From IMG/VR virus record IMGVR_UViG_3300003937_000082, positions 63 to 64,062 of that record: a stretch of DNA of 64,000 nt; one strand, 5' to 3'. This document shows positions 1 to 11,195 of this stretch, piece by piece (position 1 is the stretch's first letter; each line of letters starts with the position of its first letter). The notes under the pieces were generated by a model. That model ran no database searches and had not been told where the DNA came from. It saw only the letters and a list, made by a program, of their open reading frames with translations. A program made the position numbers and the translations under genes. Source of the DNA: a virus. Taxonomy: Duplodnaviria > Caudoviricetes.

Positions 1-4
1 TATC

Positions 5-2578
5 ATGGATAGGAACGTACCTAAGCTCCGTGACATTGATACTACTCTTGCGTCTTTTCTTGTATTCTTTAAGAAGAAGTATCTACAATCATTACCACTT
101 GACACTGTTGTTGATACACGATTCATTATAAAACACATTCAAGACTTATACAAGCGAAAAGGTTCTGAAGAGAGTTTACGCTTATTGTTCCGTATGTTCT
201 TTGATGAAGACATTGAAGTCTTTTATCCTTCGACTGCTATACTCAAGCCCTCGGACTCTATATGGGGTGGGGCAAAATATCTAGAACTCAAGCCAGTTAA
301 CACTGTTGACAATTATCCTATTCAGCGTGGTGATAAACTCACGGGTGACGTATCAAGTGCTACTGCATTTGTAGACGATATTATCTTTGTGAACTTCTCA
401 GGCATTTTAATGCCTGTTGTATATCTCTCTAATCTCACTGGTCTATTCATTGCAGATGATGGTATTGCTGTAACAAGATTAGGTAATACTTCAAGTCACG
501 GTAAACTTATATCGGGTTCTATCAGCGAAGTAAAGGTGACTAAAGGATCCAGAACAGCAGGTCAACAAATTGGTGACACTGTAAAGCTGATATCATCAGG
601 GATTGGTACGAGTGCTACAGGTACTGTCGAATCTATATCAACGACCACTACAGGTAAGATTGACTTCGAACTCGAAGATGGCGGCTTCGGATATTCAGTT
701 ATAACTGATTCTAGTCAAACATCTCAGAACGATACTCTGATTTCAAATCAAGTTGTGATCGTTGCAGGAAATAAAGTCGATGCGATAAAGACTGGCGATC
801 ATATTTTGGCGGAATCTGTCACTGGCTCGGCAAACACTGTTGTGATTGGCGGCGGAAGAATTGTAGCATATAATCATCCTCTCCTATATGTCAAGACAGA
901 AGATCAGACAAGAGCAAATTTTCTGACGTTTGTATCAAACCAAATGTCACTTGCGGCATCTAATAGTTTATCAGTAAACGCTAAGATGCTTGCTGTCTTT
1001 AATCGTGATACAGAAGGACTCTCTACTAACTATAGACTAGGTGACATATCTAACTCTGGCTATAACGTTGTTACGAAACGATACATTAATGCAGAAGACG
1101 TTGCTTTATTTGAAACGTATAGAACTGGTGGTAGTTTAACGACTGCACAGACTAACTGGATTCAAGATCGATTATTGCCTGCTATCTATGCCGCTGGCTT
1201 TGGTCATAAGTTTAATGCTCTTGCTCAAGGTGAAACAGCAAGCATCGAGATTGGTACAACTGCTTCTGTTCCTATTACAACTATTTCTCCTTATAACGCA
1301 TCTGCTACATTTGATGTAACGACTATTGATAACCAAGAGAGTGTACGTGTTATCACTGACTTCATTGGCGACTTTGCTGACAAGCCTCTTGCTGTTATTA
1401 TCAATGCGACTGCTATGCAAAGTCCAGGCATCTATGAAATTGAAACTGTTGGTAATACAACCTTTACGAACTTCGGTGCGGCTAACAATAACATAGGCAC
1501 AAGATTTGTCGCAAGTGGTCCTGCTACAGGCACTGGTACTGTGACAGACGTTGTTGCTACTAACTATGGCATGAGTGGTAATTTAATAAGTCAAGGATTT
1601 AATGCTGAAACACTCAACACAAAAATTAAAGACGCATTCGAATCAAAAGCAATCACAATCGGATCTATAGCTGGCATTAATGTTACGAGTTCAGGATTTA
1701 ATTTTGAGAATGATGTGTTTAGCGAGATCGAATATATTGACGTTGCAAGATTTGACAAGCGAGATGTTATTATTACGTTTGCAAATCCTGACTTTCTATT
1801 AGAAGTAGGTGACATAGTAACGCAAGCAGTGCAAATCGAAGATCCATCATTTGAGACAAACGGTCTTGTATCATATACAGCAAAAGGAAGATTTCTAAAG
1901 AGAGAAGGCAACGACTTCTACTTTCGACAACTATCTTTTTATGACTTCGATGAAGCGTATCAGATAAATATTAAGAATAACTTATATACTATCACAGATG
2001 TACGACCCGATTCTACTTCATTACCTATGGGTAAGAATGCGTTGATCACAGGTGATGCGAGTTATGAGAAAGGACAAATTGAGTCAATTAAGGTTACCAA
2101 TACTGGATATAGATACGGTGATCAAGAAGCAGTCGATGTCCAGAACTTAGCTGGACAGAAAGTAGCGACAGCAACACTTCGAACTCTTGGTCCTGGTACG
2201 ACAGAGGGAAAGTGGAGTTCAAGTACTTCTTTCTTAAGTGATAAGACGAAGGCTCTACATGATAATGATTATTATCAAGAGTACTCTTATGATATCTCTA
2301 CTATTATTGATCCAGAAAGATATAGTACGTTAATTAAAGATACAGTAGGCGTAGCTGGTACGAAAGTCTTTGGCTCCCCTCTCATAAATACTAATAGTAA
2401 TTTAAACAGTACGCTTGACGTTGAGTTTCAAGTCTGGAATCTAAGTGATGAGAATTATGTTACAGAGGGATCGGAAACTATAATGACAGAAGGCGGTAGT
2501 TCAGAAGCGTTGGTCGCACAAATAATTGGACTTGATACCACAGCATCGAATGCTGTAACAACATCGATAGGAACCTAA
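5..2578 (+). CDS. gp7: Baseplate wedge subunit, T4 gp7-like; probably 5'-truncated by the window edge
   Basis: Motifs IKHIQDLYKRKGSEESLRLLFRMFF and C-terminal LHDNDYYQEYSY..GTKVFG are typical of marine T4-like gp7 homologues. It lies directly upstream of gp8, and the frame is open to the window edge. Confidence 0.75.
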   Translation: MDRNVPKLRDIDTTLASFLVFFKKKYLQSLPLDTVVDTRFIIKHIQDLYKRKGSEESLRLLFRMFFDEDIEVFYPSTAILKPSDSIWGGAKYLELKPVNTVDNYPIQRGDKLTGDVSSATAFVDDIIFVNFSGILMPVVYLSNLTGLFIADDGIAVTRLGNTSSHGKLISGSISEVKVTKGSRTAGQQIGDTVKLISSGIGTSATGTVESISTTTTGKIDFELEDGGFGYSVITDSSQTSQNDTLISNQVVIVAGNKVDAIKTGDHILAESVTGSANTVVIGGGRIVAYNHPLLYVKTEDQTRANFLTFVSNQMSLAASNSLSVNAKMLAVFNRDTEGLSTNYRLGDISNSGYNVVTKRYINAEDVALFETYRTGGSLTTAQTNWIQDRLLPAIYAAGFGHKFNALAQGETASIEIGTTASVPITTISPYNASATFDVTTIDNQESVRVITDFIGDFADKPLAVIINATAMQSPGIYEIETVGNTTFTNFGAANNNIGTRFVASGPATGTGTVTDVVATNYGMSGNLISQGFNAETLNTKIKDAFESKAITIGSIAGINVTSSGFNFENDVFSEIEYIDVARFDKRDVIITFANPDFLLEVGDIVTQAVQIEDPSFETNGLVSYTAKGRFLKREGNDFYFRQLSFYDFDEAYQINIKNNLYTITDVRPDSTSLPMGKNALITGDASYEKGQIESIKVTNTGYRYGDQEAVDVQNLAGQKVATATLRTLGPGTTEGKWSSSTSFLSDKTKALHDNDYYQEYSYDISTIIDPERYSTLIKDTVGVAGTKVFGSPLINTNSNLNSTLDVEFQVWNLSDENYVTEGSETIMTEGGSSEALVAQIIGLDTTASNAVTTSIGT

Positions 2579-2587
2579 GGTAATATA

Positions 2588-4402
2588 ATGGCAAAGATCA
2601 TTACAGAAAATTTTAAAGTAGAGACAACGAAAGAGATGTTCTCTACTTTTACTAGTAAGAACGAAACGATTGCGGCAAACTTTCTCACGGGTTTGAATAC
2701 ATATGTTGCCAATGAATCAGGCGTTTCTTTAACTAATGTCCAAAAGACTGAGATACAAGATATCGTAGAGGGTCAACTAGCTACAAATCTTCCTGTCGCA
2801 TCTTATTATATCATGGGTTCTAGCATCGACAAAACAACTGCAATTTCAAACACTCAAGTAGAGAAGCGTGAATTTCAACGAAGAGTTATCTTTGGCAACA
2901 AAGTAACAGAAGATAATATTCGCTACATGTTTTATAAGAACACTTGGACTAGTGGAACAGTCTATGATGACTTTGATGACACCCAAGATATATTAACAAC
3001 TAATAATGTCGTGACTGTTTCGAATAGTGAAGGCGACTACGAGGTGTTCAAGTGTCTTGAAAATAATAATGGTGGTACATCAACTCAACAACCTTCTTTC
3101 ACTGGTATTGATGCTACTTCTTATGAGCAAATCTTTACGGGAGATGGATACGTATGGAAGTATCTGTTTACTGTTGCCGCAGGTGATGATGTTATATTTG
3201 GAACTAGTGACAGCTTACCTCTACCTTATCCATCTTACGGTAATGCTAATGTAATTGCTGCCGCTAAAGAAGATATCTCTCAGATTATTATTGAAAACAC
3301 TCAGACTAATTTGTTCCAAGAATACGTATTTGGACCTACGAATGGTCCTAGTACAGTATCTTTTCAGAGTGTTGAGCAATCGAAAACTTCACCAAATGTT
3401 GGCGAAATTAGAGTCAGAGCAACTCCCAAGTCTGGCTTCTCGTTATATACAGGCAACGATGCTTACAAGAACATGTACTTACTACAGACAAACAGCAATG
3501 GTGACCTGACTATATATGATGTCTTAAGTAGTTCAACTCCTAATAGTCCAAACTTAGACATCGATTTGAAGATCAATACGACTAACGGCAATAATTCTAA
3601 TTACTTTAAGACTGATACATTTCAGCTTGTCCCTAAGATTAATGTGACAAGAAGTACATCGACTGGCACTCCTTGTGTTGCATATGGCGTTATCGATGAA
3701 TTCGGAACATTAAAAAAGGTTGCATTCAAGAATAAGGGAAGTGAATATAAATTTGCTACTGCTACTCTTGCATTACCTACTTCGATAGCTACTAACTATA
3801 CGCCGTCGCAAGCCGCTACTCTAAGATGTGTGGTTTCACCTACAGGCGGTCACGGATCAGATATGATTTCCGAGTTGGGAATGAGTAGACTATCAGTTAT
3901 CACAAACTTTTCGGGAGAAGATGTAGCAATACCAGATGCGAACACATACACTAAAGTCGGACTGATAAAGAATCCTTTTTTTACAGATTCCACTTTCCCG
4001 ACACAATTCGATAACAGAACTTCAATAGTAATTAGTGGCGATCACACAGCAACAGCAACAGCTGGACATTATGTTCAGCAAACAATTGCGTTAGATGACA
4101 TTAATAGTGAAACAATCACAACGAGAATTCATGAAAGTGTTTACTCTGGAGGTAACACAACTATCTATCTGGTAGATTACTATGGAGACTTCAAGAACAC
4201 ATTTCAAACTGGCAATATTTTAGTAAAAGCTAACTTGGCTACGACAACGGCTAGTACGCTTGCTATAAATAATGCTAGTAATGATGTTACGTATGGTAAA
4301 TATTCTCCGTACAGTGGACAAGTTCTACACTTTGTAGACTTCGATCCCATTCAGAGACAGGCTACACGTAAAGAAAAAATTAAATTTATTTTCGATTTCT
4401 AG
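2588..4402 (+). CDS. gp8: Baseplate wedge subunit gp8
   Basis: MAKIITENFK start; WTSGTVYDDFDD, VFKCLENNNG, DGYVWKYLF, SPTGGHG and KYSPYSGQVL..KEKIKFIFDF motifs typical of T4-like gp8. Confidence 0.88.
   Translation: MAKIITENFKVETTKEMFSTFTSKNETIAANFLTGLNTYVANESGVSLTNVQKTEIQDIVEGQLATNLPVASYYIMGSSIDKTTAISNTQVEKREFQRRVIFGNKVTEDNIRYMFYKNTWTSGTVYDDFDDTQDILTTNNVVTVSNSEGDYEVFKCLENNNGGTSTQQPSFTGIDATSYEQIFTGDGYVWKYLFTVAAGDDVIFGTSDSLPLPYPSYGNANVIAAAKEDISQIIIENTQTNLFQEYVFGPTNGPSTVSFQSVEQSKTSPNVGEIRVRATPKSGFSLYTGNDAYKNMYLLQTNSNGDLTIYDVLSSSTPNSPNLDIDLKINTTNGNNSNYFKTDTFQLVPKINVTRSTSTGTPCVAYGVIDEFGTLKKVAFKNKGSEYKFATATLALPTSIATNYTPSQAATLRCVVSPTGGHGSDMISELGMSRLSVITNFSGEDVAIPDANTYTKVGLIKNPFFTDSTFPTQFDNRTSIVISGDHTATATAGHYVQQTIALDDINSETITTRIHESVYSGGNTTIYLVDYYGDFKNTFQTGNILVKANLATTTASTLAINNASNDVTYGKYSPYSGQVLHFVDFDPIQRQATRKEKIKFIFDF
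4264..4271 (+). promoter_or_regulatory. T4-type late promoter
   Basis: Exact TATAAATA inside the gp8 3' end, about 150 nt upstream of the start at 4419. Confidence 0.55.
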
Positions 4403-4418
4403 GAAAAGAGTATAATAC

Positions 4419-7400
4419 ATGGGCATTAATACAGACTTAAATGTTGATCCGTACTATGACGATTTTAGTGAAGCTAAACAGTTTAACCGCATTCTGTTTA
4501 AGCCCGCAAAAGCCGTACAAGCACGTGAGTTAACACAACTTCAAACCATTCTTCAGAAACAGGTCGAACGATTCGGTTCGAATGTTTACAAAGAAGGTAC
4601 AGTTATTAGTGGTATCAACATCACTTCACGTCCAGATATCTCTTATGTGAAGCTAGATGATACAACTAACTTTACTGACCCAAGTGTTTATAATCAAACT
4701 GAATCTGCAATTTTTACTGCAACCGGTAGGTCAACTGGTCTCGTTGCAGAAATCATTTTAGGCGAAAACGGTTTCCAAACTCAAGACCCAGACCTCAAAA
4801 CTTTTTATATTAACTATATTGGCTTTGATGATGTTGCTGTTCCTGGTGCTAGTTTAACAGATGTAAAACAATTCGCACAAGGTGAACAGCTTATAATTAA
4901 AGACGTTAACGGCAATGAGGTTGAGCGTAGTATTACAGTTGCAAGAGTTTCTGGTCATGCTGGCAAGTCTTTTGGCGTTTCATGTGAAGAAGGTGTTGTG
5001 TACCAGAAAGGACACTTTATCTTTGTAGATAATCAGTTTATCATTGTATCAAAGTACTCTAATATTCCTGGCGCATCGTCAGTCGGATTCTCTGTTGCAG
5101 AAAATTTAATCAACTCTAATAAAGATACAACTCTTCTCGATAACGCATCAGGATTTAATAACGAGAACGCACCAGGCGCTGATAGACTTCAGTTAGTGCC
5201 ACAGCTAGTAACAGTTGCTACTGCTTCAGAACCAGAAGAGTTCTTTGCTCTTGTGAGATATGTTGGCGGTGAAGCAGTACGTATTCGTGACAGAACAGAA
5301 TTTAACGTAGTTGGAGACGAACTCGCACGTAGAACTTATGAAGAGTCTGGTAACTATGTTACTAATGGACTTAAGGTTACACTAGAACAAGACGGATCAA
5401 ACTCTTATGCTGTAGTCTCACCAGGTAAGGCTTATGCTTTCGGCAGAGAGACAGTCAATGTCTCGGCTAGAAAATTGCTAATAGATCCTACTACGCTCAC
5501 TCAATCTAAAGATAATCAATACACGGGTGTTCAGTACGGACAGTATTTTACATATAACCATGCAACGTCTCAAAAATTAAATGAATTTGATTTTGATGGT
5601 CAAGTTTATTCACTTAAAGATTCGAATAGTGCTATCATAGGCACATGCTCTGTGTCAAATGTTATTCCAGGTAAAATCTTTGTATATAATATAAAAAAGA
5701 ATAGTGGAAAAGCAAACACTGCTATTGCTAAAATACTAGACACTGTAATTACCAATTCAGGCACTCTTTACGGCGTTAATGCTGGCGGGAAGATTTTTGA
5801 TGCAGGTAAGGGATCTATCAATAGTATATCAAACGTATCGTTTACTAGAAGAATAAGATATTCATTACAAAATAATAGTGGTAATAGCATTACTATTTCC
5901 GCAACTGATAATTTTAAACCTCTTGCGAATAGTAGCGTACTTGGTGTCACTACTAATAATAATGTATGTACTTGTACTGCACAGTATGTCAACACAGATG
6001 ACTTACAGGTTAGTATTACTCCTCCTAGTGGTCAAACACCTGAATATATTTATTTTGATGCTATCATCACTGGTACAGCCCAAGACGGTTTACAGGAATT
6101 AGATGTTTATGTTAACACGACCTATGACTTAAATGGCAATGGCTCTTTTGGTGTCCCAAATATTGCATCACTTGGAATTCCTAATGCTATTAAATTACTT
6201 GAAGTTATGGACACTGGAGTTTCAACTCCAGTAGATATCACATCTAAATTTAAGTTAGTCAATAACCAGAAAGATCATTTCTATGATCACTCATATATTA
6301 CGCTTAAAGCTGGCGAATCAATTGCTCAAAACAGACCACTTAGAGTTAAAGTTAAAGTATTGCGTAGACAGTCTACTTTAGGTAGTGGATATTTAACTGC
6401 TAATAGTTACAGTACATTGACTAATAAAAACTTAGTTAAAAACTTTGAAGGCAAAGACAGCATCTCTTATAATCTAATTAACTGTTTTGATTTCAGACCT
6501 TACAAACAGCCTTTAGCTTCTTACGCTCTGGGTGTTGCAGGCGCATCTACAGTGACATCACTGTCTAATGCTATTGTCGCAGGTGTTTCTCCATCAAATG
6601 AATCAACGATAATTTCGAACCAATCTTATTTCATGTCACGTATTGACAGTGTAGTGTTAGATGAGTTTGGAGATACTATTATCTATAAAGGCGGCGAAGC
6701 AGAGAACCCAAGTATTCCAGAAATTTCAGGAATGTATGCTTTAAGTAACGTTTATGTTCCTGGTAATGTCACTAAGATTACTGGTAACAATCCTATTCGT
6801 GTCGTAGATGTAACAAACAAAAACTACACGATGAAAGAGATTGCTGGTATAGAACAGAAGATCGACAGACTTACTGATTTGGTATCTCTTAGCTTGTTAG
6901 AAACTCAAACAAAGAGTTTGTTTATTCCTGGTGCAGACGGAAATGATAGATTTAAGAATGGAATCTTGGTTGATTCGTTTAAAACGCTTGCAGTAGGTGA
7001 CGTAGCAGACCCAGAGTTTGGTGCCGCTGTCGATAAGTCTAGAACCGTTGCAACTCCTTCAGTCACACAGTTCCCAGTTGATCTTAAGGTAGACTCAAGC
7101 ACGGGAGCAAATGTATATCAAGATGTAGTAACTCTTGCCGATACTGGATCACGTGTTACAGTGATCGATCAGCCTTTTGCTACGAACTTTAGAAACTGTG
7201 TATCTAACTTCTATAACTATGCAGGTAAAGCGGCAATCGATCCTCCGTTTGATGCTGGTTATGATGTTATTCAGAATCCAGCTATCAATTTAGAGATTGA
7301 TATTGCAACTCCTCTTTTAGATTTAGTTGACAATCTTCAAGAAGTTCTTCCTTTAACTAGAGAGCAAGTAAATTCTATTACTGGTGCTATTGTGCAGAAT

Positions 7401-9827
7401 GGAAATTCATTCGCTCAGACTACGACAACTACGACAACTTCTACCAGCTTAGTTGCGGGTGATAGCCAAACTACTACTAGCGCCGTAGGAAACTTTGTGA
7501 CGGATGTTACTATGTCTCCTTATATTCAATCAAGAGAAGTTAAAATACTTGTAACTGGTCTGAGGCCAAACACACGACATTACTTCTTCTTAGATGGCAC
7601 CACAATTAACGATCACGTTTATCCTGGTGAAGTTAATCCAACCATAATTGGATCTACAGCCGAATATAATGTAGGAGAAGTTGAAGTCAAGGGAACATTA
7701 GGCGCATCAGTGCGTACAGATACAGAAGGAACTCTTGCGGCAGTATTTGTGATACCTGAAGCTACATTCTTTGTTGGTGAACGCTCAATCGAAATAGTTG
7801 ACGTTGATCAGTATTCAAGCATCGATAGTGGTAAGACTTCATACAGTAAAGCAATCTATAGGGCTTATAACTTTGAAGTAAATAAATCCGATCTAACTCA
7901 AACCACTCGTACACCTACTTTCGACATACAAAGAAATGTTACAACTAGATCGTTTACTAGACGATGGCAAGAAGGAGGAGATCCTATTGCACAAACTTTC
8001 ATAGTTAGACCCGCACAAGCTTTAGGTGCAAGTATGTCTATGATTAGTAGTGTAGATGTTTATTTCAAATCCAAATCTACAAGCGTCGGCGCAACACTTG
8101 AACTGAGGGAAGTTGTGAATGGATATCCATCTTCGGCCACTCTTCCTTTTGGCAGAAAACATCTTCGCCCAAGTCAAATTAAAATTTCTGATAAAGGAAC
8201 TGAGGCAACTACGTTCGAGTTTAAGAATCCTGTAAAACTCAACGTTAACAAAGAGTATTGCTTTGTTGTTATCCCAGATGCTAACTCACCAGACTTCTTG
8301 ATATACACCTCTAAGGTTGGCAATAGTGATTTAGCGACCGGTGAATCAGTCACTAACGATTGGGGAGATGGAGTACTTTTCACTTCTACGAATGACAGCG
8401 CATGGAAATCTTATCAAGATGAAGACATTAAGTTTACACTGAAGAGATATCAGCACCAAGCAAATGCTGGCTCAGTAGACTTAAGTCCTAATGATGTAGA
8501 GTTTCTTACGGTTGCAGACACGACATCAAACTTTAGAAATGATGAACTTGCTTATGTGAAAAAGAATACCTCTTACGCTTGTGGTGTAACAGATAGAACT
8601 GTCACTATTACAGGAGGAAGTGTGTTCGCAGTTGGAGACTATATTCTTATCGAAGATGGTAATAATAAATTCTTGTCTGAAATTGTTGCCGCTAATGATA
8701 GTGCATCATCACTTACACTTAGAACTCCTTATGATAGCGATACGACAACTTCTGCTACTGCATTTATGACTGTAGCAGGTAAAGTATCATACTTTAACAG
8801 TAGAAAAGGCGATAGAGTGTTCTTGCGAATGAGTTCCGCTAAAGCAGGAAATTTCTTCGCATCAGGAGAAGTTCTAAACGGATACAGAACAGGAGCAACC
8901 ACTACTATTTCGACAGTAGATAACGAACCAATCTCCTACTTTCAGCCACAAGTCTTTGTGAGTAACTCTATTAGAACTTCTACGGACTTAACTCTTTATA
9001 AGGGATCTGCTGTTGATAAAAGTATTCCTGCTAATGGCAATGTATATAGTACAAATGCGCTACGAGTTATCAATAGTACATCTAACATCGTTAACGCATC
9101 TCTTAGTGATGCAAACGACTTCAAGATTAGGGTTGATATGGCTAATAATGGATACCAGTCTGCAACTCCTATAGTTGATCCTGCGTTATCAATGTTAAAT
9201 GTATACAGGTATAAGATTTCAGATTCAGGAACATTAACTTCAAGTTGGGTAACAAGAAAAGTCGTACTTCAGGAACAATTTGATGCAAAAGGATTAAGGG
9301 TTTACTTAAGCGCATATAGACCAGCTGGCACATTTGTTGATGTGTATGCTAGATTTGTTTATCCTACTGACGCTGAAGTTCAGAGCAACTGGATCAAATT
9401 GGTAAACTCAAGTGAAGATATGTATTCTAATACTTCTAACACGTTAGACTATAGAGAGTTTCAATACGATCTCTCAAGCGAGGCTAACGATTATAGTTCT
9501 TTTCAGTTAAAATTTGAAATGCGTCACGCTAATACAACTGAAATTAATGATCTTGATCTCGTATCTGCATTTCCATCAGTCACAAGATCCAAAACTGCTG
9601 GTAGTTTTGTAATCGGAACTACATATAGAATCACTAGTTTAGGTAATACAACTCAAGCGCAATGGAATACAGCCGCAGGCACTTCTGGTGTGACATACGC
9701 AGTAGGTGACACATTCACTGCTGTAGGTGTAGGAGCTGGAAACGGCACTGCTAACTCATCTATTATTAGTCCTGCAGAGAACTTGTTCCCACATATCTAT
9801 GACTACAGAGCGATTGCATTGACATGA
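4419..9827 (+). CDS. Large virion structural protein, VrlC-like / DUF4815 family
   Basis: N-terminal LNVDPYYDDF..RILFKP..VQARELTQLQTILQKQVERFG, then PGADRL, LARRTYEESGNY, RFKNGILVDSF, DPIAQTF and C-terminal RAIAL. Typical position after gp8. Confidence 0.85.
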   Translation: MGINTDLNVDPYYDDFSEAKQFNRILFKPAKAVQARELTQLQTILQKQVERFGSNVYKEGTVISGINITSRPDISYVKLDDTTNFTDPSVYNQTESAIFTATGRSTGLVAEIILGENGFQTQDPDLKTFYINYIGFDDVAVPGASLTDVKQFAQGEQLIIKDVNGNEVERSITVARVSGHAGKSFGVSCEEGVVYQKGHFIFVDNQFIIVSKYSNIPGASSVGFSVAENLINSNKDTTLLDNASGFNNENAPGADRLQLVPQLVTVATASEPEEFFALVRYVGGEAVRIRDRTEFNVVGDELARRTYEESGNYVTNGLKVTLEQDGSNSYAVVSPGKAYAFGRETVNVSARKLLIDPTTLTQSKDNQYTGVQYGQYFTYNHATSQKLNEFDFDGQVYSLKDSNSAIIGTCSVSNVIPGKIFVYNIKKNSGKANTAIAKILDTVITNSGTLYGVNAGGKIFDAGKGSINSISNVSFTRRIRYSLQNNSGNSITISATDNFKPLANSSVLGVTTNNNVCTCTAQYVNTDDLQVSITPPSGQTPEYIYFDAIITGTAQDGLQELDVYVNTTYDLNGNGSFGVPNIASLGIPNAIKLLEVMDTGVSTPVDITSKFKLVNNQKDHFYDHSYITLKAGESIAQNRPLRVKVKVLRRQSTLGSGYLTANSYSTLTNKNLVKNFEGKDSISYNLINCFDFRPYKQPLASYALGVAGASTVTSLSNAIVAGVSPSNESTIISNQSYFMSRIDSVVLDEFGDTIIYKGGEAENPSIPEISGMYALSNVYVPGNVTKITGNNPIRVVDVTNKNYTMKEIAGIEQKIDRLTDLVSLSLLETQTKSLFIPGADGNDRFKNGILVDSFKTLAVGDVADPEFGAAVDKSRTVATPSVTQFPVDLKVDSSTGANVYQDVVTLADTGSRVTVIDQPFATNFRNCVSNFYNYAGKAAIDPPFDAGYDVIQNPAINLEIDIATPLLDLVDNLQEVLPLTREQVNSITGAIVQNGNSFAQTTTTTTTSTSLVAGDSQTTTSAVGNFVTDVTMSPYIQSREVKILVTGLRPNTRHYFFLDGTTINDHVYPGEVNPTIIGSTAEYNVGEVEVKGTLGASVRTDTEGTLAAVFVIPEATFFVGERSIEIVDVDQYSSIDSGKTSYSKAIYRAYNFEVNKSDLTQTTRTPTFDIQRNVTTRSFTRRWQEGGDPIAQTFIVRPAQALGASMSMISSVDVYFKSKSTSVGATLELREVVNGYPSSATLPFGRKHLRPSQIKISDKGTEATTFEFKNPVKLNVNKEYCFVVIPDANSPDFLIYTSKVGNSDLATGESVTNDWGDGVLFTSTNDSAWKSYQDEDIKFTLKRYQHQANAGSVDLSPNDVEFLTVADTTSNFRNDELAYVKKNTSYACGVTDRTVTITGGSVFAVGDYILIEDGNNKFLSEIVAANDSASSLTLRTPYDSDTTTSATAFMTVAGKVSYFNSRKGDRVFLRMSSAKAGNFFASGEVLNGYRTGATTTISTVDNEPISYFQPQVFVSNSIRTSTDLTLYKGSAVDKSIPANGNVYSTNALRVINSTSNIVNASLSDANDFKIRVDMANNGYQSATPIVDPALSMLNVYRYKISDSGTLTSSWVTRKVVLQEQFDAKGLRVYLSAYRPAGTFVDVYARFVYPTDAEVQSNWIKLVNSSEDMYSNTSNTLDYREFQYDLSSEANDYSSFQLKFEMRHANTTEINDLDLVSAFPSVTRSKTAGSFVIGTTYRITSLGNTTQAQWNTAAGTSGVTYAVGDTFTAVGVGAGNGTANSSIISPAENLFPHIYDYRAIALT

Positions 9828-10009
9828 TAACTGAAGGATTCATAAGAAAAGAAGTTGGGGTTGTTAACACGGATGTGTCTGCATTCAAATCAGCTAAAGC
9901 GAGAATTGAGCAAACAAAGAAAATGATAGCTTTGGAAGACAGACTAAATAATTTAGAGTTAGTAGTACAGTCACTACAAAAAACATGTAAAGAGATAAGC
10001 AATGAGTAG
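9824..10009 (+). CDS. Small coiled-coil hypothetical protein
   Basis: 61 aa with ATGA overlap upstream and overlap of the downstream start; heptad-like LEDRLNNLELVVQSL. Such a gene commonly follows DUF4815 genes. Confidence 0.7.
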   Translation: MITEGFIRKEVGVVNTDVSAFKSAKARIEQTKKMIALEDRLNNLELVVQSLQKTCKEISNE

Positions 10010-11195
10010 AACACTAACACAAATAACCAATCAAAACACTTTTGGCGTTTGGAAAACTAGAACGAATGATATCATTGGCGTTCTTGGTGATGTTGTCACT
10101 ATAGGTAACAGCGAAACTAATTCTGGAAACGTTGTCATCACTGGAGACATCAGTGCAAGTGGAAAGATGTTTGTTGATACTATACAAGAGACTACAGGTA
10201 ATAGTTCTAATATTATTACTGTAAATGCAAACTTGGGAGTTGAAGGCAATCTCATATTAGACCAGGCGTCTGCATTAGGCAAAATTGAGTTTCAATTAGC
10301 TAACACTCCCACTTGGTCAATCGAAACTTCGGCTAATCATTCCACTATTGATATTAAGAAAGGCACAAAGTACCTGAGAGTGACCAGTCCCAATGGGAAT
10401 ACTGCCGGGGAGATTACTGGTGCAAACATTAAGCTTGACTTAGATTTACTTCCAGCAACAGGAACGATTGGTCTAGCTACTACAGGTAATGCCGGAACAG
10501 CAACGAAATGGATTGATGGTAGTGACAATGTTACTCTAACTGCAACAGTCGCAGATGACAGTCATACCCATGATGACCGGTATTTTACCGAAACAGAAGC
10601 AGACGCACGTTTTATTCAAGCAGATAGTGCAGTCTTCACTGACGATGTTACAATCCCAATAAGTAAGCACTTATATCTTGGAAAAACATCAAGCGACACG
10701 GATGGATACGCATCAATAGAATACAATGCTAGCCGTGAGTTATCTATTCAGATGGTTGATGGCAGTAACGCCAGTACGCCAACTGCAGGAATAAAAATTG
10801 ACCTGGCTGCCAAAAACCTTATGATCAACGATGGATCTACTGGAAGATTTTCATTCTCAGGTTCAAGTGGAAATTTTGTAGCTGGCGGCGACATCACAGC
10901 ATTCGGTGGTGTATCTGATCGAAACCTTAAAGAGAATATTGTTAAGATCGATAATGCTCTAGAGAAAGTATCAAAAATTTCTGGATACACATTTAACTAT
11001 ATCGGTGATGATACTCCTATGACTGGTGTTATTGCACAAGAGTTAGAAGAAGTTTTACCAGAAGTTGTTTACGAAACAGAATCACCAGATGGTATACAAA
11101 GCAAAGCAGTTCGTCATGGTAATATAGTAGGTCTGCTGATCGAATCTATTAAAGAATTAAAGGCAGAGATAGAAGAACTTAAGAAGGACAAATAG
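10002..11195 (+). CDS. Tail fibre protein with C-terminal intramolecular chaperone (peptidase S74 domain)
   Basis: C-terminal SDRNLKENI...GVIAQELEEVLPEVV...GLLIESIKEL is the S74 signature; N-terminal NTFGVWKTRTN is a T4-like fibre start. Confidence 0.85.
   Translation: MSRTLTQITNQNTFGVWKTRTNDIIGVLGDVVTIGNSETNSGNVVITGDISASGKMFVDTIQETTGNSSNIITVNANLGVEGNLILDQASALGKIEFQLANTPTWSIETSANHSTIDIKKGTKYLRVTSPNGNTAGEITGANIKLDLDLLPATGTIGLATTGNAGTATKWIDGSDNVTLTATVADDSHTHDDRYFTETEADARFIQADSAVFTDDVTIPISKHLYLGKTSSDTDGYASIEYNASRELSIQMVDGSNASTPTAGIKIDLAAKNLMINDGSTGRFSFSGSSGNFVAGGDITAFGGVSDRNLKENIVKIDNALEKVSKISGYTFNYIGDDTPMTGVIAQELEEVLPEVVYETESPDGIQSKAVRHGNIVGLLIESIKELKAEIEELKKDK

Noticed and set aside
4419-9827. 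Virulence factor, suggested by the VrlC name
   Set aside because: The name is historical; in T4-like phages this family is a baseplate-region structural protein.
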